Shown here: piece by piece, positions 17,930-27,314 of the stretch | Position numbering within the stretch: position 1 is the stretch's first letter | How the letters are laid out: each line of letters opens with the position of its first letter | From: Bacteroidales bacterium | Lineage (GTDB): Bacteria; Bacteroidota; Bacteroidia; Bacteroidales; UBA932 | Assembly: GCA_017513445.1 (NCBI GenBank) | Contig: JAFXFS010000014.1 | Span: 1,218 to 65,217, forward strand | Direction: 5' to 3' | DNA: 64,000 nt | Translations under genes and position numbers: made by a program | Notes under the pieces: model-generated | Told to the model about the DNA's origin: nothing | The model's input: the letters and a program-made list of their open reading frames with translations, nothing else | The model's database searches: none

Positions 17930-19873
17930 TCAGTCCTCTTGCGGAGTATATTGCAACATTGTTATAACTCCTTCCATTGTGCTGATTAACAATCTATTAT
18001 CAGAACAAGGCACAATTGAGTTTACTAAAGCAACTCCAACTTTATACTTGAAATTAAAATCTGCATCATCAGCATCAAATGAGAAGAAAACTCCCTTGTC
18101 TGTTGGAACAAGAATCCAAGGATTGTCCTTATCGAAAGTACAATATACAGATGGTGTTGGTGCAATATCATACTCCAGACCGGTATTGATTTCCCAATTT
18201 TGATTTGGAGTGTTGCCTACTGTTGACCAAGACTGCAATGTATTGAACATAGTCTTCACATAAACTGTCTGCAAACCATCAGAGATTCCGATAGATTCTC
18301 GACCACCTTCAGTTTTATATAGTTCAGCACCAGTGGCAGCATCAATTACATACATATGTCTTGTCGGAGTCACAATGAAGATCTTTCCATTTGCCTTAAC
18401 AGGATATACTGCTGCCGGAGAGAACATTCTTGAACCCTTCACATTCCATTTCCATTGAAGTTTACCACTCTTTGTGTCAAGAGAGTATAGCGTATTGGCC
18501 CAATCTCCGAACACTACTTGAGTGTCGTCAACAAAAGGTTTGCTCTCGACAAATCCTTTAACTTGATTAAAACGCCATTTCAATGTACCACTCTTAATAT
18601 CCAAAGCTCTAAATTCGCCATCGGAACTACCTATGTAAGCTACACCTTTATAAATGGTTGGAGCTCCAAGAACAGACTTATCACATTTGTATTTCCAAAG
18701 AAGTTCTCCCTTTTTAAGAGATAGACAATAGATATTTCCATCGGAACATCCAACTATAACTCTATTACTTGCAATAGCAGGAGTCGAGAAGATCTTGTTT
18801 CCTGTTGAATATTTCCAAATTAACTCTCCACTCTTTGCATTCAATGCCTTGATGTCACCAGCTGTATTTGCATAAACTACATAATTTTTATGAATAGATG
18901 CACCACAACCGACATCGCTATCATCGTGAACTCTCCAAAGCGCCTTAATCTCTGGAGCATTTTCATTCTTATCAAATGTCATCCAAACAAAATCATCAGG
19001 GATTGAGTAGTAATCGTTAAGTGCCTGATAATCATTACCATCTGGAGCTGATTTTGGAGTTACAGGACCTTCATTAAAGCGTGGTTTTTCACTCATCGCA
19101 AGGGTAAACCAAGCACTCTTTGGAGATTTATTAATATACTTTTCCTGAATAGTTATTTGGCCATTTTCAATTGTCACAATATTATAACCAGTCTCTCTCT
19201 TATTATTTGGATCCGGTGCACGTCCAATCATTCCAGGGATGCCACTGTAGTTCATCTTCATATTGTTATGGTAGTGTCCACCCATAATCAATTGGATATT
19301 GGTCTGTTTCAAAATATCTACAACCTGGAAATAGTTCAAAACTGTACTATCTTGCGGATAGTGGTTGACAAAGATTACTGGTTGCTCAGCTGGGGTTGCC
19401 TTAGCAATAGAATCAAGCCAAACAATTGTTTCACGAGGGATAAGTGCAGGAGCCATTCTCATATTAGGTCCACTATTACATCCCAGGAACTTAATTCCTC
19501 CACATTCCCACTCTTTATACTCATAACCCATCACCTTTGCAAAGGTATTACATCCACTTTCAGACCATTTTGCATCGTGATTTCCTGCAAACACATACGA
19601 AGGGATATTCAATTCATCAATTATTGATTTGGCAAGGGCAATCTCCTTATCTGAACCAAATTCTGTAATATCACCTGCAAAAACTGCGAATTCGATATCA
19701 TTTTGTTTATTGAGATCCTCAATACAACTCTCGAGTATTTCAACTTTGTTTGAACCCAAAGCAATATGGGTATCTGCAAAATATGCAAACTTGACTCTTC
19801 TCTCCTGTCCATTAAGTGAAATAACAGATAGAAGAAGCAGAAGGGTTAAAATGTTTTTATAAATTCTGTACAT
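17930..19873 (-). CDS. secreted calcineurin-like metallophosphoesterase fused to a PQQ/BamB-like beta-propeller
   Basis: 647 aa with a signal peptide. Phosphoesterase motifs are ADTH, AGDITEFG, AGNHD and GGHYH. The C-terminal half carries repeated ...SGELIWKY / KGELLWKY / SGTLKWRF / SGKLQWKW propeller blades. Confidence 0.8.
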   Translation of the reverse strand: MYRIYKNILTLLLLLSVISLNGQERRVKFAYFADTHIALGSNKVEILESCIEDLNKQNDIEFAVFAGDITEFGSDKEIALAKSIIDELNIPSYVFAGNHDAKWSESGCNTFAKVMGYEYKEWECGGIKFLGCNSGPNMRMAPALIPRETIVWLDSIAKATPAEQPVIFVNHYPQDSTVLNYFQVVDILKQTNIQLIMGGHYHNNMKMNYSGIPGMIGRAPDPNNKRETGYNIVTIENGQITIQEKYINKSPKSAWFTLAMSEKPRFNEGPVTPKSAPDGNDYQALNDYYSIPDDFVWMTFDKNENAPEIKALWRVHDDSDVGCGASIHKNYVVYANTAGDIKALNAKSGELIWKYSTGNKIFSTPAIASNRVIVGCSDGNIYCLSLKKGELLWKYKCDKSVLGAPTIYKGVAYIGSSDGEFRALDIKSGTLKWRFNQVKGFVESKPFVDDTQVVFGDWANTLYSLDTKSGKLQWKWNVKGSRMFSPAAVYPVKANGKIFIVTPTRHMYVIDAATGAELYKTEGGRESIGISDGLQTVYVKTMFNTLQSWSTVGNTPNQNWEINTGLEYDIAPTPSVYCTFDKDNPWILVPTDKGVFFSFDADDADFNFKYKVGVALVNSIVPCSDNRLLISTMEGVITMLQYTPQED

Positions 19874-19874
19874 A

Positions 19875-20753
19875 TTATTGTTTGTTAATTAATGACAATA
19901 GATATTTTCCATATTGATTATTCTTCATCACATCAGCATTTGCTTTCAGACGCTCAGCATCAATCCAGCCATTTGTAAATGCTATCTCCTCTAAACAAGC
20001 TATCTTCAGACCTTGTCTCTTCTCTAAAACCTCAACAAAGGTAGAGGCCTCAGACAGAGAGTCGTGAGTACCTGTATCAAGCCAAGCAAAACCACGACCA
20101 AAACAATTGACATTCAATTGATTAGCTTTAAGATAATATTCATTGACTGAGGTAATTTCCAATTCACCACGTGCGGATGGTTTAACACTCTTCGCCACCT
20201 CAACTACACTATTAGGATAGAAATAGAGGCCAACCACAGCATAGTTACTCTTCGGATTCTTTGGCTTCTCTTCTATAGAGTTTGCCTTTCCATTTTCATC
20301 AAATGAGACAACTCCATATCTCTGTGGGTCACTTACCCAACAACCAAAAACTGTAGCCATAGAGTCCTCTTCAACAGATTTTCTGGCATCTTGAAGTATA
20401 TCTGAGAATGATGTACCGTGGAAAATATTATCTCCCAACACCATACAAACAGAGTCATCTCCAATAAAATCTTCCCCGATTATAAAGGCCTGAGCCAATC
20501 CATCTGGAGAGGGTTGCTCCTTATAAGTGAACTTTACACCATAATCAGAACCATCACCCAACAATCTCTCAAAAGCAGGGAGATCTGTCGGAGTTGATAT
20601 AATAAGAATATCTCTTATACCGGCCAACATCAGTGTTGATATCGGATAGTAAATCATAGGTTTGTCGTATATAGGAAGCATCTGTTTCGACACTCCTTTG
20701 GTGATAGGATACAATCTTGTACCAGAACCACCGGCCAATACTATTCCTTTCAT
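19875..20753 (-). CDS. rfbA: glucose-1-phosphate thymidylyltransferase
   Basis: The track ORF extends to 20804. The conserved N-terminus [18 protein letters not shown] begins at the ATG 20753-20751, 2 nt after the upstream gene's stop. Confidence 0.9.
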   Translation of the reverse strand: MKGIVLAGGSGTRLYPITKGVSKQMLPIYDKPMIYYPISTLMLAGIRDILIISTPTDLPAFERLLGDGSDYGVKFTYKEQPSPDGLAQAFIIGEDFIGDDSVCMVLGDNIFHGTSFSDILQDARKSVEEDSMATVFGCWVSDPQRYGVVSFDENGKANSIEEKPKNPKSNYAVVGLYFYPNSVVEVAKSVKPSARGELEITSVNEYYLKANQLNVNCFGRGFAWLDTGTHDSLSEASTFVEVLEKRQGLKIACLEEIAFTNGWIDAERLKANADVMKNNQYGKYLLSLINKQ

Positions 20754-20755
20754 AA

Positions 20756-21826
20756 TCAATATTTTACGCTTTTCTCTCCTTTGAAAAATGTCAAGGAGAG
20801 CCAATATTTAAATAGAGGATCGATAATTCTCGCCCTCTCATTTTCATCAAATGTAATAATTTCCTTCTTTTTCAGAGCATCCTTAACCCTGCGAACATTC
20901 GCTGAAGAGTTCAAGTGGTACTCCTCTATTATTGTAGTTGTGCTGAATCTCTCAACTCCATTATAAACAGCCCTTAACATACTCAACTGATAGTCAGTCA
21001 AATCATTCATAGTCGCAAGGAACTTTGCAGAGTATATAGAGATCAGAGAGGATATTGAATCCTCCAGCATCTGAGTTGTAAGATATCCACGTGTTCTGTC
21101 AAAACATATTGAACTCAAAAGATTAACATAGAATGGATCTCCATCTACAATATCATAGATCGTTGAGAGTTGGTCACTCTCAATCACACGTCCGACCTTT
21201 AAAAAGGTTCTGTTTATATAATCGGTAAAAATCTTTTTAGGAATCTCCTTGAGTCTTATAATATCAGTTGAAAAGTAGAAATATTTCTTCTCCTCAAATA
21301 TATATTTCATTGCGTTGAGCTGAGATCCTCCCATTATATAGATAAGATTCTGATGCTCAGCAAATTGCTTTTCAAGATACTTGAATAACTGGTACTCATC
21401 TTCATACAAAGACAAGGATTGGAAATTAAGGAAGAATATCGAGAGATAATATCCCTTTGCCTGTGAGGCCTTTTCTGCTAAATTAAAAAGTTTAGAAAGT
21501 TCCTCAACCCTGCGAATTGATGATGGTAATGATGAGAAGTTCTCATTTGGAAAGTGTTGCGACAAACTACTCTTTATCTGAAGATAGAAATCATTCAAAG
21601 TCCTGACAGTAAAGAGATCAACCACACAATAAGGATACTTCAATGACTCCGTTCTGATAGAAGAAAATGCCTTTCTGACCAAAGATTCTACCCCTCTGTT
21701 TGGAGAGTCGTATATTGCAATATTACGATTTTGCTTGATTAACTCCTTGAACTGAAGAAGCTCTTCCTCTCGTGAGAGAAAGCCGGTATCAGCTACATAT
21801 TTTGAGTATTCAAAAGGGGCGTCCAT
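20756..21826 (-). CDS. ATPase_2 (archaeal-type AAA) family homologue with degenerate Walker A and B motifs
   Basis: 356 aa. The N-terminus [35 protein letters not shown] aligns by eye to F.GRE.EL..L....vliyGpRRvGKTSLl. LNFQ stands where DEFQ is expected. Confidence 0.65.
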   Translation of the reverse strand: MDAPFEYSKYVADTGFLSREEELLQFKELIKQNRNIAIYDSPNRGVESLVRKAFSSIRTESLKYPYCVVDLFTVRTLNDFYLQIKSSLSQHFPNENFSSLPSSIRRVEELSKLFNLAEKASQAKGYYLSIFFLNFQSLSLYEDEYQLFKYLEKQFAEHQNLIYIMGGSQLNAMKYIFEEKKYFYFSTDIIRLKEIPKKIFTDYINRTFLKVGRVIESDQLSTIYDIVDGDPFYVNLLSSICFDRTRGYLTTQMLEDSISSLISIYSAKFLATMNDLTDYQLSMLRAVYNGVERFSTTTIIEEYHLNSSANVRRVKDALKKKEIITFDENERARIIDPLFKYWLSLTFFKGEKSVKY

Positions 21827-21890
21827 CGTTCTATCTGCTTAATAATTAAGAATTATTACAAAAATGTTACATAATTCCTAAAAAAGCAAA

Positions 21891-24482
21891 TTAAATGATT
21901 TCAAATACACTACTTTCTACCCAACCTTGTCTTCCGTCTGCAATTTCAATCTGATTCCAACTACCTAAAGAGTCTAATAACTGAACCTTTAATCCCTCGT
22001 GAATTACAAATAGAGTTGTACCTCCATCACCTGGAGAACTCTTTACTGAAACTACAGGAAGAGTTATAATTGCACTATCTTCACTTACAACATCTGCTCT
22101 TTGGCTTTGAGAAAGAGCATAAGATGATAGAGCAAAAAAGGCAAAAATTATTGCAAAGGCAAAAGATGCCTTGCGTCCACCCTTAGATGAGAAGAAGAGG
22201 TATCCCAATAGAGAAAGAAGGAGTAATACCAACATAATCAAAGAGATAATCGCCCAACTGTCTGAACTGAAGAGATATTTAACGCTATTAAACCATTTTG
22301 TCAATATAAATTGTGGCAACTCCTCAATTTTATCAAGTGTAAATTGTTGAGCTAAAGCTAAATTGTTCTTTGCATCTACATTCTGTGGATCCAGCTTAAT
22401 TGCACGTTCATAGTAGAGTATTGCTTTTGCATTCTCCCCAGTTTTATAATAACAGTTACCAATATTATAATATAACTCACTTGAAACTAAATTCTGTGAC
22501 TCAATAGACTGATAATACTCTAACGCCTCTTGATATCTCTGTTCTGTGTAAGAATCGACTGCCTTAATTTGAAGAGAGTCAATATCAGCACCGTATGCAG
22601 TTAGAGAGAGAGTAAATAGTAGTGTCATTATCAAACTCTTGGCTCCGGTAGTCTTAATATTCTTTACCGAACTTTCCAATTTTGAAATAACCTCAACTGC
22701 CTCTTGATAATGCTTGCCCATTGCATCATTACCAGCACTTGGAGCATAACGAGCATATTCACACATATCAACAATATTTATAAATGAATTTACAACTTCT
22801 CCATTAACACCTCTTTCGGTTAATGAATCAATAATTCTATCCTTTGATATCTCAGATGTAGGTATTGTTAATTTATCAGATATATATCCCAAAAGTGCCT
22901 TATGTAACTCCTCATAAAATGCAGTATAAAGGTCGCGCTTTAATAGATCTCCTGCATTCTTCAGACGAGCACGTGCCACCTTATTCGCCTTCCTATTCTT
23001 TGTGGCGACAACATCTGCCCTACGAGTTATATTCCTGCTAATCAACCATTTAGCAATCACAAAAATCACCATAAGCAGAGAAAGTAAGATATAGAAGAGA
23101 GGAGATACAACAAAGAACTTACCCTTTTCCTTCAATCCGGATAGGTCTGACTTTATAAATCTGATATCTTGGTTCAGGTTCTTCACACTTTGTCTGCTAT
23201 CTCCCGGAACAAATGTAGATGCTCCTAAATCATCACCTTTCAAAACATTAACCTTGATTGTATCTGATTGAATAGTAACATACTTTTTAGCATCTATATC
23301 AAAATATGTGTACTTAATTGGATCAATTTTAAACTCACCGTGACTTCTTGGAATAAATGGGATTTCAAAACTTTTACTTCCCTCTGTACCACCTGTTCCT
23401 GGTTTAATATTTTCAGAACTCTTTCTGTCGTATGCCTCAAAATCTGGAGGAAGAACAACCTTTGGTGCCTCTAAAAGTGTAACATTACCCTTTCCAGATA
23501 GTGTCACAGTAATAGATGACGCCTCGTGTGCCTTCAACTCATCCTTACTGAGTTTTACACTCATTGAATATTTACCAACAGCACCTGAAAATGTTGCTGG
23601 TGCTGATGATGGGAGTGATGATACATTAACAGTAATCGGAGAGGTGCGAAGTTTTCGTCTGATTGTTTGATGAGTATCGAAGAAATCATCAAAAATTGAC
23701 CTTCCTCCACCAGAAGATGTACGAACTCGCAACAGAGTTGTTATCTCTGCAGGATCAATCTCCAGTTTTCCACTCTGCTGAGGAATCAACATATAACGTC
23801 TCAAAACTGTTGAGTGATATATTGTTCCATCAACACTCTCGCGTTGGAACTCAATATTTTGCGGAGCATAAATCTCCTGACTCCAGAAACCATTAAAGAC
23901 TGGAAATTTTATATCCTCAAAGTTAGAGATATCAAGTCGTGTATATAGTTTTAATGTAGCTACTATTGGTTCACCCTTAACCACATTACTTTTATCAACG
24001 GACATTCTGAGAAAAACATCTTCAGATGAGACGGTGGCAAGAGAGCTACCTTGCTGATTATTAGGGGTTTGTGAGCTGCTAGGCTGTTGATTTGCAGAAG
24101 GCTTCTGAGCAGCAACAACCTCGATAGATGTTTCATTACTTGTATACTCCTTGCCCTCAATAGTAGCAGTTGCACTAGGAATAACAAATTTACCCTCAGC
24201 TTTTGCCTGAAGGATATAGGTGAATGTTTCGGTGTATTGTGTACTTCTCTTGCCATTAACAATAGTTGTACTTGACATAGAGCCAGGTTGAGGTCCCCAA
24301 AGGAGATCAAAATCATCAGATGGCTCCCACTTAAAGTCGGAAACCTTTCCATCTGCTTTGAAAACTACACGAAAGTTTTCGTCAATTGAGACAACTCTCT
24401 CAACCTCAACGGATAACGAGTTTTGTGCAAAGAGAGAAACAAAACTCAACAACAAAACTGCACTCAATAATATTCTCTTCAT
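21891..24482 (-). CDS. BatD-like protein fused to a BatE-like TPR/SH3 module
   Basis: 863 aa. It runs signal peptide, BatD-like ectodomain, TM, then ~aa 606-863 with a signal-like segment, TPR repeats, two TM segments and a C-terminal SH3-like domain. It is the last gene of the Bat locus. Confidence 0.7.
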   Translation of the reverse strand: MKRILLSAVLLLSFVSLFAQNSLSVEVERVVSIDENFRVVFKADGKVSDFKWEPSDDFDLLWGPQPGSMSSTTIVNGKRSTQYTETFTYILQAKAEGKFVIPSATATIEGKEYTSNETSIEVVAAQKPSANQQPSSSQTPNNQQGSSLATVSSEDVFLRMSVDKSNVVKGEPIVATLKLYTRLDISNFEDIKFPVFNGFWSQEIYAPQNIEFQRESVDGTIYHSTVLRRYMLIPQQSGKLEIDPAEITTLLRVRTSSGGGRSIFDDFFDTHQTIRRKLRTSPITVNVSSLPSSAPATFSGAVGKYSMSVKLSKDELKAHEASSITVTLSGKGNVTLLEAPKVVLPPDFEAYDRKSSENIKPGTGGTEGSKSFEIPFIPRSHGEFKIDPIKYTYFDIDAKKYVTIQSDTIKVNVLKGDDLGASTFVPGDSRQSVKNLNQDIRFIKSDLSGLKEKGKFFVVSPLFYILLSLLMVIFVIAKWLISRNITRRADVVATKNRKANKVARARLKNAGDLLKRDLYTAFYEELHKALLGYISDKLTIPTSEISKDRIIDSLTERGVNGEVVNSFINIVDMCEYARYAPSAGNDAMGKHYQEAVEVISKLESSVKNIKTTGAKSLIMTLLFTLSLTAYGADIDSLQIKAVDSYTEQRYQEALEYYQSIESQNLVSSELYYNIGNCYYKTGENAKAILYYERAIKLDPQNVDAKNNLALAQQFTLDKIEELPQFILTKWFNSVKYLFSSDSWAIISLIMLVLLLLSLLGYLFFSSKGGRKASFAFAIIFAFFALSSYALSQSQRADVVSEDSAIITLPVVSVKSSPGDGGTTLFVIHEGLKVQLLDSLGSWNQIEIADGRQGWVESSVFEII

Positions 24483-24483
24483 A

Positions 24484-25323
24484 CTACCAATTTTTCTCTT
24501 TCTGTTTAGACTTCATCATCAACGCCTTCTCCTTTTTAACCTTCTCCTGAGTATCCCTCTCCTTATCCTCTATTGCCTGAAGCATCTGTTGAGCTGCCTG
24601 TGGAGTTATCTTTGGCTGCTGACCCTGATTCTGTTGCTGATCACTCTTTGGAGGATTGTTATTGTTCTGGTCGTTATTTTGGTCTTTATTTTGATCGTTG
24701 TTCTGATCGTTGTTCTGCTGATCATTCTTATCTTGATCATCATTATTCTGATTATCATTCTGATCCTTTTGATCATCCTGATTTTCATTATTATCCTGGT
24801 TCTGATTATCCTGATTCTGGTCATTATTCTGATCATTGTTTTGATCGTCATTCTGATCATTATTCTGCTGATTCTGTTGATTTTTCAACATCTTCTGAGC
24901 ATATGCCAGATTTGACTTTGTCTCCATATCATCAGGATTTCTTCTCAATGAATTCTTATACTCCTCGATAGCTTGCTGATACTGCTTTTGCTTCAGATAT
25001 ACATTTCCCAAATTATGGTAAATGTCTGAACTATTTTTTGCATTTGCTATAGTATCTCCAATAGCAGTTATTGCCTCCTGTGCCTGAGGGAAATTCTCGA
25101 GTTTATAATATGTATTTGCCAAATTGAATTGCGCAGCAAGAGAGGTTGAATCCTTCACAAGTGCCTTCTTATAATCAATCTCCGCCTCTTGATAGTTCTC
25201 TTTTGAGAAATGTTTGTTTCCCTTACGAACTTCCCTTCTATCTACTTGAGCATCAGCCAAATAGACATTAAATAAAAGTGTCGAAAAAACTAATATTTGT
25301 AAAATTCTTCTCATATTTCTCAA
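24484..25323 (-). CDS. batC: BatC-like TPR protein with a long N/Q/D low-complexity region
   Basis: 279 aa. Signal peptide, TPR repeats (FNLANTYYKLENFPQA, HNLGNVYLKQKQYQQAIEEY) and an ~90-aa QNND repeat tract. Its position in the locus fits BatC. Confidence 0.7.
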   Translation of the reverse strand: MRNMRRILQILVFSTLLFNVYLADAQVDRREVRKGNKHFSKENYQEAEIDYKKALVKDSTSLAAQFNLANTYYKLENFPQAQEAITAIGDTIANAKNSSDIYHNLGNVYLKQKQYQQAIEEYKNSLRRNPDDMETKSNLAYAQKMLKNQQNQQNNDQNDDQNNDQNNDQNQDNQNQDNNENQDDQKDQNDNQNNDDQDKNDQQNNDQNNDQNKDQNNDQNNNNPPKSDQQQNQGQQPKITPQAAQQMLQAIEDKERDTQEKVKKEKALMMKSKQKEKNW

Positions 25324-26322
25324 TTAAAAAAGATCCTTTCTTGGTTTAGACTCCCCTATAAGTATTTCCAAAATAAGGAAGAATAAAGCTATTGCGAAAA
25401 AGTACATATATTTCTCATCAAAATCTTCAAAGACTACAGAATCAAATTGCTTCTCGTCCAACTCTTTGATATTGTCGATGATAGGATTTAATCCAAACTC
25501 ATTGTTCCCGGCACGAACATAGATTCCGTTTCCTGCATCGGCAACTTGCATTAAGGTCTCTTCATCCAGACGTGTTACTACAATCTCGCCATCTTTATCC
25601 TTCATTAACCCGCCCTCATAAGGTATCGGTTTTCCCTCAACTGAGCCCACGCCAATACAATATGTTCTAATTCCGATATCCGAAGCTGCGTGTGCAGCCG
25701 CTATAGGATCATCCTCGTGATTCTCTCCATCTGTTATCAGAATAATAGCTCGGCTTCCTTCACTCTGAGTACTAAAACTCTTTGCACAAGATGTTATTGC
25801 CTCTCCCAATGCAGTTCCTTGGATTGGTACAGAGCCTGTATTTATACTATTAAGGAAAACCTTTGCCGAAACATAGTCTGTTGTAATAGGCAACTGAACA
25901 AAAGATTCACCTGCAAATACAATCAAGCCAATTCTATCACCTTGTAATCTATCCACAAGTCTTGATATTGCCAATTTTGCCCTCTCCAATCTATTTGGAG
26001 AAAAATCCTCAGCCAGCATTGAGTTTGAAACATCAAGCGCAATCATTACCTCAACACCCTTACTCTTTCTCTCTTGTACTCTTGCACCAAGTTGCGGGCG
26101 CGATAATCCTATAAAGAAGAATAGAAGAGCCAATGAAAGGAGTGATATTTTCCACCAACCTTTTGATTTTGAGACATTTGGCATAAGTGTCCCCAAAAGC
26201 TCCGGATTGCCAAGTTTTTTGATATTTCTCTTTTTAAATCTCAACGATAGGGCGTAAAAGAGAAACAGAAATGGAATCAGAAGTATTAAAAAAAGATATT
26301 GGGCCTCTGCAAAATATATCAT
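25324..26322 (-). CDS. batB: VWA-domain membrane protein BatB
   Basis: 332 aa. Two N-terminal TM segments, then a VWA domain with the MIDAS motif DVSNSM, and a C-terminal TM. Confidence 0.85.
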   Translation of the reverse strand: MIYFAEAQYLFLILLIPFLFLFYALSLRFKKRNIKKLGNPELLGTLMPNVSKSKGWWKISLLSLALLFFFIGLSRPQLGARVQERKSKGVEVMIALDVSNSMLAEDFSPNRLERAKLAISRLVDRLQGDRIGLIVFAGESFVQLPITTDYVSAKVFLNSINTGSVPIQGTALGEAITSCAKSFSTQSEGSRAIILITDGENHEDDPIAAAHAASDIGIRTYCIGVGSVEGKPIPYEGGLMKDKDGEIVVTRLDEETLMQVADAGNGIYVRAGNNEFGLNPIIDNIKELDEKQFDSVVFEDFDEKYMYFFAIALFFLILEILIGESKPRKDLF

Positions 26323-26324
26323 AA

Positions 26325-27314
26325 TTAAGGTAATCTTTTAATAACAAACATTCTAAATAGTAACTCTAAAGCTAATGCCAATAGAGCGATAAGGGCATAT
26401 CTGTGGAATAACTCAGTATAGATCGGGAAGCAGTCAATAGTTGTTCTATTCTTCTCCATCTTACTGATTTCACCATAAATCTCAAGCAACTTGGTGTTAT
26501 CTGTTGCACGGAAGTATTTTCCACCTGTCTCTTCAGCTATAGATGCCAATAGCTCTTCATCAATCTGAACCTCAACATCCTGCATCTGAACACCCCAAGG
26601 AGTCATAAATGGGTATGGTGCAGTTCCCATTGCTCCAACACCAATGGTATAGACTCTGACATCATAGGTTTTTGCAATCTCTGCAGCCATCTGAGGAGCA
26701 ATTTCACCACAGTTATTTACACCATCTGTCAATAAAATTACCACTCTACTCTTTGCATCCGAATCTTTAAGTCGAGATATAGCTGTCGCCAATCCATTAC
26801 CGATAGCCGTTCCATCCTCAATAAGACCTGTCTGAATCTCCTTCATAAGGTTTATAAGGGTAACACGATCTGTTGTTAGTGGTGATTGTGTGTAACTCTC
26901 ACCTGAGAATACAACAATTCCGATTCTATCTGTAGGTCGCGATGAGATAAACTCGATTGCAATATCCTTAGCTGCTCCAATTCGGTCAGGATAAAAGTCT
27001 CTAGCCAACATAGATGTAGAGACGTCCATAGCCAAAACTATATCGATTCCCTCCGTATCTATTTTTTCGAAGTCAGCAGATGTTCTGGGACGTGCCACCG
27101 CAACTATTATTGCAGCAATTGCAACCATTCTCAGAATAAATGGAATATGTCTTAGTACTGTCGCTTTAAGACTCCTTTTTCCCCTCCAAGGTGCCACATT
27201 TGAAACCATAAGAAAAGGAGACTTGCCTTTGATTTCCCTATAAATATAGAGGGCAATCAATGGTATTAAGATTAACTCTAAAAAGAGTAGTTTGGGATAT
27301 TCAAAGAAAATCAT
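26325..27314 (-). CDS. batA: VWA-domain membrane protein BatA
   Basis: 329 aa with the same architecture as BatB. MIDAS motif DVSTSM. Confidence 0.85.
   Translation of the reverse strand: MIFFEYPKLLFLELILIPLIALYIYREIKGKSPFLMVSNVAPWRGKRSLKATVLRHIPFILRMVAIAAIIVAVARPRTSADFEKIDTEGIDIVLAMDVSTSMLARDFYPDRIGAAKDIAIEFISSRPTDRIGIVVFSGESYTQSPLTTDRVTLINLMKEIQTGLIEDGTAIGNGLATAISRLKDSDAKSRVVILLTDGVNNCGEIAPQMAAEIAKTYDVRVYTIGVGAMGTAPYPFMTPWGVQMQDVEVQIDEELLASIAEETGGKYFRATDNTKLLEIYGEISKMEKNRTTIDCFPIYTELFHRYALIALLALALELLFRMFVIKRLP

Noticed and set aside
20754-20804. Track-defined N-terminal extensions: rfbA to 20804, phosphoesterase to 41178, ssb from TTG 49100, nusG from 57864, PASTA gene from TTG 8905
   Set aside because: In each case a downstream ATG restores the conserved N-terminus or signal peptide and removes the overlap with the upstream gene. 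I therefore shortened the calls.
24358-24971. Long ORFs (185 aa and 132 aa on the plus strand; 84 aa on the minus strand) over the batC repeat tract, including an extreme I/L-rich 'protein'
   Set aside because: They are frame and strand shadows of the Q/N/D-coding short repeats. The I/L runs are simply the complement of GAT/AAT-rich codons. They have no start context and no independent support.
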